A DNA stretch of 42,527 bases from IMG/VR virus record IMGVR_UViG_3300027822_000298, positions 1-42,527 of that record. One strand, given 5' to 3'. Origin of the DNA: a virus. Lineage: Duplodnaviria > Caudoviricetes. Each line of letters begins with the position of its first letter. Within the stretch, counting starts at the first letter, position 1. The translations under genes and the position numbers were made by a program. Shown piece by piece: positions 16,262 to 25,877 of this stretch. The notes below the pieces were generated by a model. It did not search any database and was not told where the DNA came from. It saw only the letters and a program-made list of their open reading frames with translations.

Positions 16262-16859
16262 CCGACACGCAAACCTAAAAAGAGGCACATCGACTTTATA
16301 TTTTAAGGATAAAAATCCAGCCGAATATAGAATGCGCGGGGGGGTGTGCTTCCCGATGATGATACATTCAGGAGGCAGAACTGATATTCAGGGTTTTATT
16401 CTTATGTCGGGACAGAATATCAAGACAAAACAGGTAGTGATATTTGAACAAAGAGATTTTGTTGTTGTTGAACCAATATTGGGAGATAACCAATTAATAG
16501 AGTTCCCTGGTATTGAAACATGGCTGAATATGTGTTTTTCACGATATTTTGCAAGACAGTTTTTTTGGAATCAAGATTTTGAACTTGCCAAAAAGTATAG
16601 GCTTGAGATAATAAGAAGCCAGATGATAGAACCAAAACCAAGGATGATGGAAATCCTATGGACGGATGAGAAGGAAGCCATGTCTGTAATTTGGAAATAC
16701 ATCAAGCTTGGGATGATAGCGTGGGATGCAGGTTCAATATTGGATAGAGCGTTAGAGCAGGTAAAAAATGATGATAAAGATATGTTGCCTGCGGTATATG
16801 CTTTGGCGGTTTTATTGTCAGGTATTGAACGTTTTCCATATAAGGAGAGACCGGAATGA
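16245..16859 (+). CDS. Hypothetical protein between terL and portal
   Basis: 204-aa ORF overlapping both neighbours. Confidence 0.75.
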   Translation: MQKPNNRHANLKRGTSTLYFKDKNPAEYRMRGGVCFPMMIHSGGRTDIQGFILMSGQNIKTKQVVIFEQRDFVVVEPILGDNQLIEFPGIETWLNMCFSRYFARQFFWNQDFELAKKYRLEIIRSQMIEPKPRMMEILWTDEKEAMSVIWKYIKLGMIAWDAGSILDRALEQVKNDDKDMLPAVYALAVLLSGIERFPYKERPE

Positions 16860-17080
16860 TAAACAATGAAGGTTTGGAACAAGCAACAATAGAAAATATC
16901 CTTGAAACTGTACCAGCTGTAATTATTACTGACGAAATATCTGGAATAGATGAACCGGCCTTTCAAGAAGCCTTAAAAGCAATGCAATGCACTTCAGCTG
17001 ATGTTGTAATTGCTCAAGAAAAAGTAAAACTTCCTTTTCATGGGATTCATACTAAAGTTTACTGGAAACGAAAGGGATAG
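16856..17080 (+). CDS. Hypothetical protein
   Basis: AAGGAG RBS and ATGA overlap. Confidence 0.6.
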   Translation: MINNEGLEQATIENILETVPAVIITDEISGIDEPAFQEALKAMQCTSADVVIAQEKVKLPFHGIHTKVYWKRKG

Positions 17081-19099
17081 ATGGCAACCAACATTCCAAC
17101 AGGTGAAACATCCGGTTTAGCATATTATTTGCGCCAAGATTTATTTTTTCACTGGCAAAGGGAACGGAAACAGCTTCTTGAAACAAAATGGCAAAAAAAT
17201 ATAGATGCTTTCAATTCCGTGACAACTGGATACTGGAAAAAAGACGAGGCAAAAGATTGGCGGTCTGATACGTTTATTGCGCTAAGTAAAGTTAAAGTTT
17301 TAGCTGCCTATTCAATAGTAATTGATATGCTTTTACAAGGTGGGAAAATTCCTTTTGCTTTGATCCCAAGCCCTTTAGATTTTATTAATTTAGATGATCT
17401 TCCGGAAGAGGAACGGCAACATACTATTGAAACAATTAGGGATATGACAAGCGTTATTCACCAACAACTTTGTGATTGCAATGCAGACAGGCAATTAATG
17501 AAACATGTTATGTCTGCTGCCATTTACGGAGAAACATATTCGAAATGGTACGTTCAAGAAATTAAGCGGACAGGATATAAGGAAGTTTCGTTTGCGCCAG
17601 AAGGATTGCAGGATGAACAAGGTCAATATACCCGATTTGAAACTTTTCATACCAGCCATAATTCACCAGCATGGAGTTATGTAAGCAATTGGGACATATT
17701 TCGTGATCTTGAAGCTGACAACTTACAGGCAGGGCAAGGTGTTTTTCAACGTCAGATGATATCACCATATGCGCTGCGTCAAAATAAAGGCAAGCCATTT
17801 TTTCTTTTTGATGCTATCAAAAAAGCGATCAAGGATGCAAAACTTCCTGGCCATACTGATGGTTCACAAGAAACGTCTACACTCCCACCAGGCTTAAGGG
17901 ATATTACATATGGACATAATACTATTGAAAATCTTGAGTTTTGGGGCAGAGTTCCCCGGAAGGTAGCCGAAGATTTTGAAAAAAACTTGAAAAAGAAAAA
18001 TTCTCTTGTTTCCGAGGTTCAAGTTGAAAATGATGGTGATGAAATTGAAATTATGGCGGTTTTAGCTGATAATGAAATTGTTAGATATGCACGCATTGAG
18101 CCAGGAAACAGGCCCTTCGATAGGGCTGTATGGGAAATTAAACTTGATCACATAGAAGCAACAGGTGTCCCTGATAATGTTGAGGATGAGCAAAAAGTGC
18201 TTGTTGGTATGGTCAGGGCATTTGAAGATAATAAAAAGCTTTCTGCTAATGTAATTTTAGCAACAAAAAAAGATATGCTTGCCCCAGGCGCCCTGGATAA
18301 CGGTATTATGCCAGGTATGGAAATAGAAGTCGCAGAGGAGGTTGACGATGCGAGAAAAGCCGTGCAGCAAATTATTATTCAAGATGTGGGGCAAACACTT
18401 TTAGATGGCATTTCTTTGATGGAACGGTATGGTGATGAGGCAAGCCAAATCCCTAAGTTATCTCAAGGTTTTATCCCTGATAAAAAAAAACCTGATACGG
18501 CATTTGAGCTGGATCAGTTACTAACCAATGCGGGGAAATATATAGGCGGGGTGATCAAGAATCTTGATGAAGGGCTTATAGAATCGATTGTTGGAAAATT
18601 TTACAGATATAACATGGAAGACCCTGAACTTGAAAAAGGAAAGGGCAATTTTATAGCAAAAGCCTTAGGTTATACAAGTTTTCAAAATAAAATGCTAAAG
18701 TCTCAGAATTTACAACGATTTTTTAGCTTGCTTTTATCCAGTGAGGCGTTAACAGGTGAGGGCAAACTCAACGAAATATTAGCTGAAATAGCAAAAACAC
18801 TTGATCTTGAACCGTCACAAGTTTTGAAGAGTGTAGAAGAAAAACAACGAGAATTTGAAGAGATGCAAAGTTCTCCAGACTTCCAGTTACAACAAGAAAC
18901 AATTAAGTTGCAGCTTGAAAATCAACAGATGCAAAACGAAAAAATAGCGGCTGATATAGATAAGATTATGGCAGAAATTGAAAACATGGCTGAAGAGTTG
19001 AACCTTGAGCGCACAAAGGTTGCAAACGATGCGATTGCAAAAGAAAACGATGCGGTTATAAAAGAGAATGAACAAATATCCAAAATTCTTCAAGTTTGA
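17081..19099 (+). CDS. Portal protein
   Basis: 672 aa after terL; WRS..F....KVK..AAY, AAIYGE, E.WG, GVPD...D.Q...N, TAFEL motifs and a C-terminal coiled coil typical of podovirus portals. Confidence 0.88.
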   Translation: MATNIPTGETSGLAYYLRQDLFFHWQRERKQLLETKWQKNIDAFNSVTTGYWKKDEAKDWRSDTFIALSKVKVLAAYSIVIDMLLQGGKIPFALIPSPLDFINLDDLPEEERQHTIETIRDMTSVIHQQLCDCNADRQLMKHVMSAAIYGETYSKWYVQEIKRTGYKEVSFAPEGLQDEQGQYTRFETFHTSHNSPAWSYVSNWDIFRDLEADNLQAGQGVFQRQMISPYALRQNKGKPFFLFDAIKKAIKDAKLPGHTDGSQETSTLPPGLRDITYGHNTIENLEFWGRVPRKVAEDFEKNLKKKNSLVSEVQVENDGDEIEIMAVLADNEIVRYARIEPGNRPFDRAVWEIKLDHIEATGVPDNVEDEQKVLVGMVRAFEDNKKLSANVILATKKDMLAPGALDNGIMPGMEIEVAEEVDDARKAVQQIIIQDVGQTLLDGISLMERYGDEASQIPKLSQGFIPDKKKPDTAFELDQLLTNAGKYIGGVIKNLDEGLIESIVGKFYRYNMEDPELEKGKGNFIAKALGYTSFQNKMLKSQNLQRFFSLLLSSEALTGEGKLNEILAEIAKTLDLEPSQVLKSVEEKQREFEEMQSSPDFQLQQETIKLQLENQQMQNEKIAADIDKIMAEIENMAEELNLERTKVANDAIAKENDAVIKENEQISKILQV

Positions 19100-19337
19100 T
19101 AGTGAAGTTCACGAAATAGCTCAAGCAATGGAGCTTGCCGGAGCGCGATCTTTTATTAGGATAGCAAGCAGGCGAAGAGACGTGGAACGGAAAATGGTTG
19201 AAGATATTTCTTGTCAATTAAGTCAAGATGAAAAAGAACGAAAAATGGGGATAATTGGGTGCCTTAATTGGTTGATTGAGTTACCTGGAAAAACACAGGG
19301 GTTTTTAAATAAACTGCCTGATAATGTAAAAAACTAA
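19068..19337 (+). CDS. Hypothetical protein (post-portal)
   Basis: Small helical ORF with G.I..L.WLIELP in the usual position between portal and scaffold. Confidence 0.65.
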   Translation: MNKYPKFFKFDSEVHEIAQAMELAGARSFIRIASRRRDVERKMVEDISCQLSQDEKERKMGIIGCLNWLIELPGKTQGFLNKLPDNVKN

Positions 19338-19355
19338 TAGAATTGGAACAGCATT

Positions 19356-19532
19356 ATGAGAAGAGGAAGTCAAACAATTTTTGGAGATAAAAAATTTGCC
19401 CATAATCTATGCGGTTCCCTTGATACTACAACAGAACTTTTTGATACGGCAACATTAGGTTTTCAACATTTTGAAAATTATTGCACTGGCACACTCGCAG
19501 CATCTGGAACAATTTTGCCTGCAATAGAATAA
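19356..19532 (+). CDS. Hypothetical protein (58 aa); not in ORF track
   Basis: MRRGSQTIFGDKKFAHNLCGSLDTTTELFDTATLGFQHFENYCTGTLAASGTILPAIE fills the gap before the scaffold gene. Confidence 0.45.
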   Translation: MRRGSQTIFGDKKFAHNLCGSLDTTTELFDTATLGFQHFENYCTGTLAASGTILPAIE

Positions 19533-19555
19533 TTTTTAATAAGGAGGTAGCGGAC

Positions 19556-20521
19556 ATGCCGGACGATGAAATTTTAGAACAAGAAGTCGCAGAGCAGCCA
19601 GATAAAGAGATGGAAGAAGGTTTTGATCTTGGGGTTAAAGATGAAAGCATTCTGCCTGAAAGTGAAGAAACAAATCTTGCTATGGAAGAATCCACCGTGG
19701 AAGAATCCACTGGTGAAGAGGCGGTAGAGGAAGAACCGGAGAAGGAAGAAGCCCAAAAGCCTGTAATTGAAGAAAAAGAGATTACGGCAAAAGACAGGAT
19801 AGATCAGCGTATAAAGGAGGCTGAAGTACCCGTAGTTGAGGAAACTCCGGTTAAAGAGGTTGAGACGCCTTTGCCTGTAAAACCAGTGGCTCCTCCAGTA
19901 AAACCAGTGATTTCGAAAATATTAACGAAAGAACAGGTTTCTGATCATCTTAATTCTTTTTCAGACGACAATTTACCGGAAAACTCTATTTTTATTGGAG
20001 ACGTTGAGGTTGATCTTAGGGAATTTGCAAAAGAAGACCCTGAACAATTTGCCGCTGTTAAGGTTTTATCCAGTGCGATTGCTCAACAGGCAATAGACAA
20101 AGCATTGGAAAGTCGTGTACCAAGTACAAAAATTCAAGATCAACTTGATGAACAGCAGAGAACCATAAATAGTTTATTATGGTGGGATACAGTAACAGAA
20201 AAACATGCTGACGGCAAAAGGATTAAAGATGACCCAAAGTTTCATAAGTGGTTTGATACACAGCCTGAAAATATTCAACGCTTCGGGTATGCAGACGCAA
20301 GCCCGGAGGATGCAATTTTAATCCTGGATTTTTATAAAGAAGATATTGCGAAAAAAGATATAAAAAAACATGACGATTCAGCCCGGGACAAAAAGAAACA
20401 AACAGACGATTTGCATAAGAACACCATGCGAGTTAAAAATAATACAGGTGTTCAAGAGAATGGAATGGATATGGAAGATGCTGAGGCTGGGTTTAATGAA
20501 GGCTTGAAAGCTGAGTTATGA
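19556..20521 (+). CDS. Capsid scaffolding protein (putative)
   Basis: AAGGAGGT RBS; very acidic low-complexity N-terminus, F.KW...QP motif; between portal and MCP. Confidence 0.75.
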   Translation: MPDDEILEQEVAEQPDKEMEEGFDLGVKDESILPESEETNLAMEESTVEESTGEEAVEEEPEKEEAQKPVIEEKEITAKDRIDQRIKEAEVPVVEETPVKEVETPLPVKPVAPPVKPVISKILTKEQVSDHLNSFSDDNLPENSIFIGDVEVDLREFAKEDPEQFAAVKVLSSAIAQQAIDKALESRVPSTKIQDQLDEQQRTINSLLWWDTVTEKHADGKRIKDDPKFHKWFDTQPENIQRFGYADASPEDAILILDFYKEDIAKKDIKKHDDSARDKKKQTDDLHKNTMRVKNNTGVQENGMDMEDAEAGFNEGLKAEL

Positions 20522-20676
20522 AAAATGAACAAAAAAATTATATTGTAATTAATACAAATTCTGAGTTACGATGCTCTAATCCTAATTGTAAAAAACTTTT
20601 AGGCAAAGGCATTCCAGGTACAATTGAAATTAAATGCCCCCGGTGTAAAACTTTATGCCGGTTTAAAAGTATTTAA
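20518..20676 (+). CDS. Mu Com-like Zn-ribbon RNA-binding regulator (52 aa); not in ORF track
   Basis: MKNEQKNYIVINTNSELRCSNPNCKKLLGKGIPGTIEIKCPRCKTLCRFKSI: RC..x.CxKLL...IEIKCPRC signature; ATGA overlap with the scaffold stop. Confidence 0.8.
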   Translation: MKNEQKNYIVINTNSELRCSNPNCKKLLGKGIPGTIEIKCPRCKTLCRFKSI

Positions 20677-20690
20677 TTTTATATAAAAAA

Positions 20691-20743
20691 GAAGTCCATA
20701 AGAGACTCTAATCATTTATTTTTTTTGAGAGGAGGCTCTTATG
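20691..20743 (+). promoter_or_regulatory. Translation-inhibitory hairpin over the MCP Shine-Dalgarno and AUG, with a putative Com-binding site
   Basis: CATAAGAG (20697-20704) pairs perfectly with CTCTTATG (20736-20743, includes the start codon). After one A-G mismatch, CTCT (20706-20709) pairs with GGAG (20731-20734, the SD). Confidence 0.65.
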
Positions 20744-21763
20744 CCTGCAAATGTAACAAGTTATGGTGATATCAGTCCGAGGACGGCTGGTTTCGCAAAA
20801 GCAAGACTGCTTAAAAGAGGTCAGCACCTTATGGTTGTTGAACGATTTGGGCAGGTTGACCCGCAACAGAAAAACAAAACTAAAACTTCTAAATGGCGTC
20901 GGTATAATTCTCTTGCTCGTGCTACTGCGCCGCTTGCCGAAGGTATCCCTCCGCAAGGCCAGAAATTGACGTATACAGACGTTAACGCCACCCTAGAACA
21001 GTATGGAGATGCGGTAAAAATTACCGATGTAATTGCCGATACACATGAAGACCCTGTTTTAAATGAAGCAATGGATTTGTGTGGAGAACAGTCAGCAGAA
21101 ACCATTGAAGAATTAAGGATTAACGTCATAAAAGGCGGAACCAATGTATTCTATGCTGCTGGTGTGACAAGTCGTGCGCTGGTTAATTCTCCGCCCACCA
21201 GAGGTGATTTTAGGAAAATTTATCGGTATTTCAAGAAACATAAAGCAAGAGAAATATCTCAGATTGTTCGTGCATCGGCTGCTATCAGTACTGAGGCCGT
21301 AGCTCCAGCTTATTTTGCAATGGGGCATACTGATCTTGATGCGGATATTCGTAGTATATCCGGATTTCTTCCGTATGAATCATATTCAGATAGCACAAAA
21401 GCATTGCCTGGAGAAATCGGAAAAATTGAACGGACTCGAATTATCCTGACAGCAATGTTTGATCCGTGGGAAATTGCAGGTTTGTCGGGAACAACCTACT
21501 TGTCAGGCGGCGTGGAGGTGTCATCTAACGCAAAATGTGATGTTTACCCTTTGCTTATTGTTGCAAAAGATGCATACGGTATTGTTCCTCTTCAGGGGTT
21601 TAGCAGCGTCAAGCCTATGGTAGTAAACCCAGGTAGACCGACTAAGAGTGATATGCTTGGCCAGATCGGATTTGTTTCTTGGAAAACATACCAGACTGCA
21701 GCTATTCTTAACCAGGCGTGGATCGCCAGGCTGGAGTGTTCCGCGACTGCCTCCCCTGCGTAA
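20741..21763 (+). CDS. Major capsid protein, N4-gp56 family
   Basis: YGDISPRTA, WRRY, PLAEGIPP, TLEQYG, DTHEDPVL, GEIG, DMLGQIGFVSWK, ILNQAWIARLE. Confidence 0.93.
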   Translation: MPANVTSYGDISPRTAGFAKARLLKRGQHLMVVERFGQVDPQQKNKTKTSKWRRYNSLARATAPLAEGIPPQGQKLTYTDVNATLEQYGDAVKITDVIADTHEDPVLNEAMDLCGEQSAETIEELRINVIKGGTNVFYAAGVTSRALVNSPPTRGDFRKIYRYFKKHKAREISQIVRASAAISTEAVAPAYFAMGHTDLDADIRSISGFLPYESYSDSTKALPGEIGKIERTRIILTAMFDPWEIAGLSGTTYLSGGVEVSSNAKCDVYPLLIVAKDAYGIVPLQGFSSVKPMVVNPGRPTKSDMLGQIGFVSWKTYQTAAILNQAWIARLECSATASPA

Positions 21764-21809
21764 TATGGGTAAACTTAATAATAACTTTTTCTATTAAAGG
21801 AATAAAAAA

Positions 21810-22496
21810 ATGAAAATAGGTGGACATTTTAATGGAACGGGAGCTGACGTTTTTATTTGTGTTGGCTTTGTGCCAGATTTTGTGAACATTATGAATCTGG
21901 AAGGGACTGTTGAATTAAAAATTCAATGGAACAAAATGATGATGGGGGCAGCGGAGGTTGTTGAGGGTATTGACACCCAAATAGAAGTCCCGACTGCGCT
22001 GACTAAAGGCAATGGAATCATGCCTTATTATGGCGGTGAAACGCTAACAGAAGCCATGCAGACATCCACGGGTTATGGTGAAGGTGTCTACCTGAAGCGG
22101 GATGATTGGGATTATCGCCATTATAGTGGTAATGTTAACCCGGGCGATGCTGTAGCTGTGGATATTGATACATGGACGCTTGACACTACGGCTGATTATA
22201 CCGGTCATTTCAATGAAGATGTAAATGGTGACTATATCGGTGAGGGTAGCCGCATTTGTATTGACGGCAAGTGGTATACTATCGTTGCCCTTACTGCCGC
22301 CCAAGGTGAAGCTGCCGATGAGGTTACTCTGAGTAATACCGTACCATCCGGAAATGTATTGTCGATTTCTGGGAAGAGTGGATATAAGCCAATACCGGTT
22401 GGTCAAATGACTCCGGCAGGGTTTTCGATTTCAAATGCCACTATTAATGTAAATGATGCATTAATAAGTTTTGAGTGCGGGACATATGATATTTAA
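21810..22496 (+). CDS. Virion structural protein (capsid decoration/cement-like)
   Basis: Directly follows MCP; G.F.GTG.....CVGFVPDFV...N N-terminus, beta-rich. Confidence 0.6.
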   Translation: MKIGGHFNGTGADVFICVGFVPDFVNIMNLEGTVELKIQWNKMMMGAAEVVEGIDTQIEVPTALTKGNGIMPYYGGETLTEAMQTSTGYGEGVYLKRDDWDYRHYSGNVNPGDAVAVDIDTWTLDTTADYTGHFNEDVNGDYIGEGSRICIDGKWYTIVALTAAQGEAADEVTLSNTVPSGNVLSISGKSGYKPIPVGQMTPAGFSISNATINVNDALISFECGTYDI

Positions 22497-22541
22497 ATGA
22501 TTTTGAGCTACTAGAAAGCCTACTTTAAAAGGAATTTTATT

Positions 22542-23111
22542 ATGGAAGAAAGCCAAGAGGTTAATCAGTCTCAAGAAGATATACCAACCCAAGAGCAGCA
22601 ATTTTATTATACTAACGGTGGAGAGCCATACAAAAGCATGAAAATGGTAACTATGGCTATGGAACAAAAAAAGTTTGACCCAGAAGTGTATAAAGCCGTA
22701 AAAGCGCAGGGCCAGTCAGGATATTGCATTCAATTTTTAGATTTTGATATAGCTCCAGAATACCGGGGCTATTGGCAAGTTAAATTTAATGCAAAAACGA
22801 CTCCCAACGATAGCGATGATGTCCAGTTGGTAGTCAACGGAGAAACACTTATAATGCAACGAGAAAAAAAGGTTATCCTCCCTGGCCGATTTTTAGAGAA
22901 TGCAGATCACGCCACATATTTGCATTTCAGACAAGTGCCTCATCAACCTAGGAAAATTGTTGGGAAGATTAAAACATATCCGTATGAACGTATTCGTGCA
23001 TCATCAAAGCAAGAATATGATCAGCAACGGGTAGATGGCACTCAAAAAACAAAACGTAATATTAAAAAGTACGGATATGACGTTGATCCAGAGGATATAA
23101 GCGATGAGTAG
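22542..23111 (+). CDS. Hypothetical protein conserved after N4-like capsid genes
   Basis: DVQLVVNGE....QRE..V.LP..FLE..DHA motif. Confidence 0.65.
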   Translation: MEESQEVNQSQEDIPTQEQQFYYTNGGEPYKSMKMVTMAMEQKKFDPEVYKAVKAQGQSGYCIQFLDFDIAPEYRGYWQVKFNAKTTPNDSDDVQLVVNGETLIMQREKKVILPGRFLENADHATYLHFRQVPHQPRKIVGKIKTYPYERIRASSKQEYDQQRVDGTQKTKRNIKKYGYDVDPEDISDE

Positions 23112-24126
23112 CAGGATATCAACAAAAGAATTAATAAAAAAATGTAAACGCTTTATTACCTCTGACTTTAAAGACCAAGTACTCGAATATTTGATCAAGG
23201 AAGCCATTATACAGGCTGATAGGGATTTGCATAATTGTGATAGTTTATATCCTTTGGCGTGGGACATTGTATTTTATGATGAATTCCGATGTAATGCCCC
23301 TGCTGAAATAAATGCTATCACTCAAGCTGATCCAGGAGTTTTTACCGCTGCATCATATGACTCAGAAATAACTGGGCATGGGTTCCATGATCATTCTACT
23401 ATTCGGGATATAGTAACGCTCGATGGAATTGACGGCATGGAAAATCTTAATTTAAGGCAATTTCTTCTTGAGTATATTTCTCCTACAACTTTTTCTTTAA
23501 AAAGCCTCGACGGACAAACAAATATAAACACTACAAGTTATGGTGTATACAATAGCGGAGGCGCAATATATCATAGTGGGTTTGTTTTAAATACCGATAC
23601 GATACTTGCTAATGTTGATAGCAAGTGGACTATTAAAAGTATCTTGCCCAATGTCACGTTTGATGGTTTCCCGTCAGAACCTATTACCGAACAAGTTGTC
23701 AGAAACAATCAAGTATGGCTTGACATAAGTTCATCCGGAAGACCTGTAAAGACGAGACAATGGCAGCATATGACAACCGATGCCGATACCAGTTATTATC
23801 TTTTCTGGTATCCGGTTGTAGATCAGGCGTATAACATAGGGCTTAATTACCAAAAAGAAGTCCCTGATATTTCTGTGTGGTCTGATTCTACTTATTCGTT
23901 TCATCTACCTGAAGCGCACGATGCGCTTTGGCATGGGGCTTTAGCAAATCTGGTTGGTACGAGTAAAAGGATACAACGTTCTAGCGGAAAAGATTTAGCA
24001 TTAAATCTTGAAGTGTTAATGAGTAAAGTTTGGATAACAAAATGGGAAGAAGATAAAATAAGAATTAAAAAATTTAGTCGTAAATTGCTTGGTGGAAGTG
24101 GCGGCTTAGGTGGAATAACAGCGTAA
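23104..24126 (+). CDS. Head-tail adaptor-like protein with an inserted E1-FCCH-like beta domain
   Basis: Helical N- and C-termini (LPEAHDALWHGALA) around INAITQADPGVFTA...GHGF...IDGMENLN...TFSL...NTTSYGVYNSGG. Confidence 0.6.
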   Translation: MSSRISTKELIKKCKRFITSDFKDQVLEYLIKEAIIQADRDLHNCDSLYPLAWDIVFYDEFRCNAPAEINAITQADPGVFTAASYDSEITGHGFHDHSTIRDIVTLDGIDGMENLNLRQFLLEYISPTTFSLKSLDGQTNINTTSYGVYNSGGAIYHSGFVLNTDTILANVDSKWTIKSILPNVTFDGFPSEPITEQVVRNNQVWLDISSSGRPVKTRQWQHMTTDADTSYYLFWYPVVDQAYNIGLNYQKEVPDISVWSDSTYSFHLPEAHDALWHGALANLVGTSKRIQRSSGKDLALNLEVLMSKVWITKWEEDKIRIKKFSRKLLGGSGGLGGITA

Positions 24127-24144
24127 CATGGAAGGAAAGAGCAA

Positions 24145-24558
24145 ATGGCAGCAGCGGGAATTTGTGTATGTAAAGTAACGCATCCAATTGGGGCCGAAAG
24201 GGCAAGCGAAATAACATGGGATTGGATATCCGGCACTGGTGGGGATGAAGGGGTCGTGTCAGAAGTTGGTGTATCACCAAAACTTTCAGGTTATGTTACA
24301 GCAATTCAGGTGTCCCCGGGGTTAAATGGCGATAGAACTACCGAGACCCCTACAGCCTCTTATGATATAGTTATCAATGATCAATATGGTGAAGATGTCG
24401 CGGAAGGTGAGTTAACTGATTGTAGCGCGTCTGTGGCTAAAACAATTTATGGAAATCCAAAAGTAAAAATTAAGTCAATGCTTACAATCGGGATTATAAA
24501 TGCAGGTGATACAAAAAAAGGCCGTGTTATTGTTCATATATCACCAGAGGATGTATAA
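24145..24558 (+). CDS. Virion structural protein (beta-rich, hypothetical)
   Basis: PTASYDIVI.D..G.DV..G...D and NAGDTKKG motifs; inside the morphogenesis operon. Confidence 0.6.
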   Translation: MAAAGICVCKVTHPIGAERASEITWDWISGTGGDEGVVSEVGVSPKLSGYVTAIQVSPGLNGDRTTETPTASYDIVINDQYGEDVAEGELTDCSASVAKTIYGNPKVKIKSMLTIGIINAGDTKKGRVIVHISPEDV

Positions 24559-25191
24559 ATGTCAGTTACCGTAGCGGATGTACAAGATTTAGTCATAGAG
24601 AATATTCCTTGGATTCCATCTTCAGGCTTAATAGCAAAAATAAACAATGCTGTCACAAAAATTGCCGGGGGGATTCGGATGCCTAATGGTATGATTTCTT
24701 CTCCGCTTCCTGAATTAATGAAAATCGATACGCTGACAACCACAACAGAGGCATGTGTTGCTCTTCCCTCTGACTATCAAAGAGCGGTGTTCCAAATTTC
24801 AAATAGCGATGGATATAAAATAGAATCTATAGAAGGTGTCGGATATTATGATTTTAGATTATTTTTAGAAGAAGTTGATAAAAAAGATTTAAGTGAAGCT
24901 GGAACGGTTAAAAATGCAGTTGTGCATGGAAATTTTTTATATTATCAAGGAATTCCAGCTATTAACGAAATATTAACTATTATGTTTTATAGAAAACCTA
25001 TAAATGCCGTTGCAGGGATAGACGTTATTGACGGAATCCCTGAGCATTTAAGTCTTGATTTAATCGGAAATTATGTATCAAGCCAATTATTAAAAGATAA
25101 AAAAGAAGGGGAACACTATCTTGCAAAATTTTGGTTAGTTATGGATGATTTAATTTCTTATATTGATCAAATTAATATTACGCCAATATAA
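24559..25191 (+). CDS. Head-tail adaptor-like protein
   Basis: IN.A...IA, ALPSDY and FYRKP...IPEHL pattern. Confidence 0.6.
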   Translation: MSVTVADVQDLVIENIPWIPSSGLIAKINNAVTKIAGGIRMPNGMISSPLPELMKIDTLTTTTEACVALPSDYQRAVFQISNSDGYKIESIEGVGYYDFRLFLEEVDKKDLSEAGTVKNAVVHGNFLYYQGIPAINEILTIMFYRKPINAVAGIDVIDGIPEHLSLDLIGNYVSSQLLKDKKEGEHYLAKFWLVMDDLISYIDQINITPI

Positions 25192-25199
25192 AAGGGAAT

Positions 25200-25874
25200 A
25201 TGAGTACTATATATATATCAAAAATTTTTGACAAAGTTTTTCAAGAAACTGGAGACCTTGGTTTTTTAAGGTCTAAAGCGGATATGCTTTCGTGGTTTAA
25301 CGAAGGAGAGGCAGCTCTTGTTTCCTTAAAGCCGGATGCGTATGTAAAAACAGCTATTCAACGGTTAGAAGAAGGTACAAAACAAACAATCGCAGCCGAT
25401 GGTATTATATTTCAAGATGCGCTTTGTAATATGGGAACTGACGGGTCTACACCGGGTAAAAATATTCGCATTATAAGTAAAGCGAATATGAATCGTTTCG
25501 CTCCTTTATGGCACGCAGAGACAGCCAACGCAGCTGTTGATGTTATTGTTTTTGATAAGCGTAACCCAAAAATTTTTTATACATCTCCACCGCAACCAGA
25601 AACAAATCCAGGATATCTAAAATATGAATACTCAGCGACTCCACCAAAAATAATTGTCACTGATGATAATTATAATGTCACTTTTACTGTTGGGGATGAA
25701 CATGAACCGGCGTTGCTAAATTATATATTATTCAGAATTTACAGTGAAGACACTGGCCAAATATCCGATGCAGTTCAAAGGGCTGAAAAATACTGGTCAT
25801 TATTTAGTGGAGTTAATATTACCAATAAAGAAAATGTTGAAAGCAGGAATGAACCAGTTTTAGTGGAGAATTAA
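25200..25874 (+). CDS. Head-tail adaptor / tail tubular protein A-like
   Basis: LSWFNEG......KPDA, L..GTKQ, D.RNPK.FY..PP, YSATP, ALLNYILFR.YS.D. Confidence 0.7.
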   Translation: MSTIYISKIFDKVFQETGDLGFLRSKADMLSWFNEGEAALVSLKPDAYVKTAIQRLEEGTKQTIAADGIIFQDALCNMGTDGSTPGKNIRIISKANMNRFAPLWHAETANAAVDVIVFDKRNPKIFYTSPPQPETNPGYLKYEYSATPPKIIVTDDNYNVTFTVGDEHEPALLNYILFRIYSEDTGQISDAVQRAEKYWSLFSGVNITNKENVESRNEPVLVEN

Positions 25875-25877
25875 CAA

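Noticed and set aside
19481-19555. TTG start at 19481 for the scaffold gene
   Set aside because: A perfect AAGGAGGT RBS precedes ATG 19556, and the upstream stretch is better explained by a separate 58-aa ORF (19356..19532).
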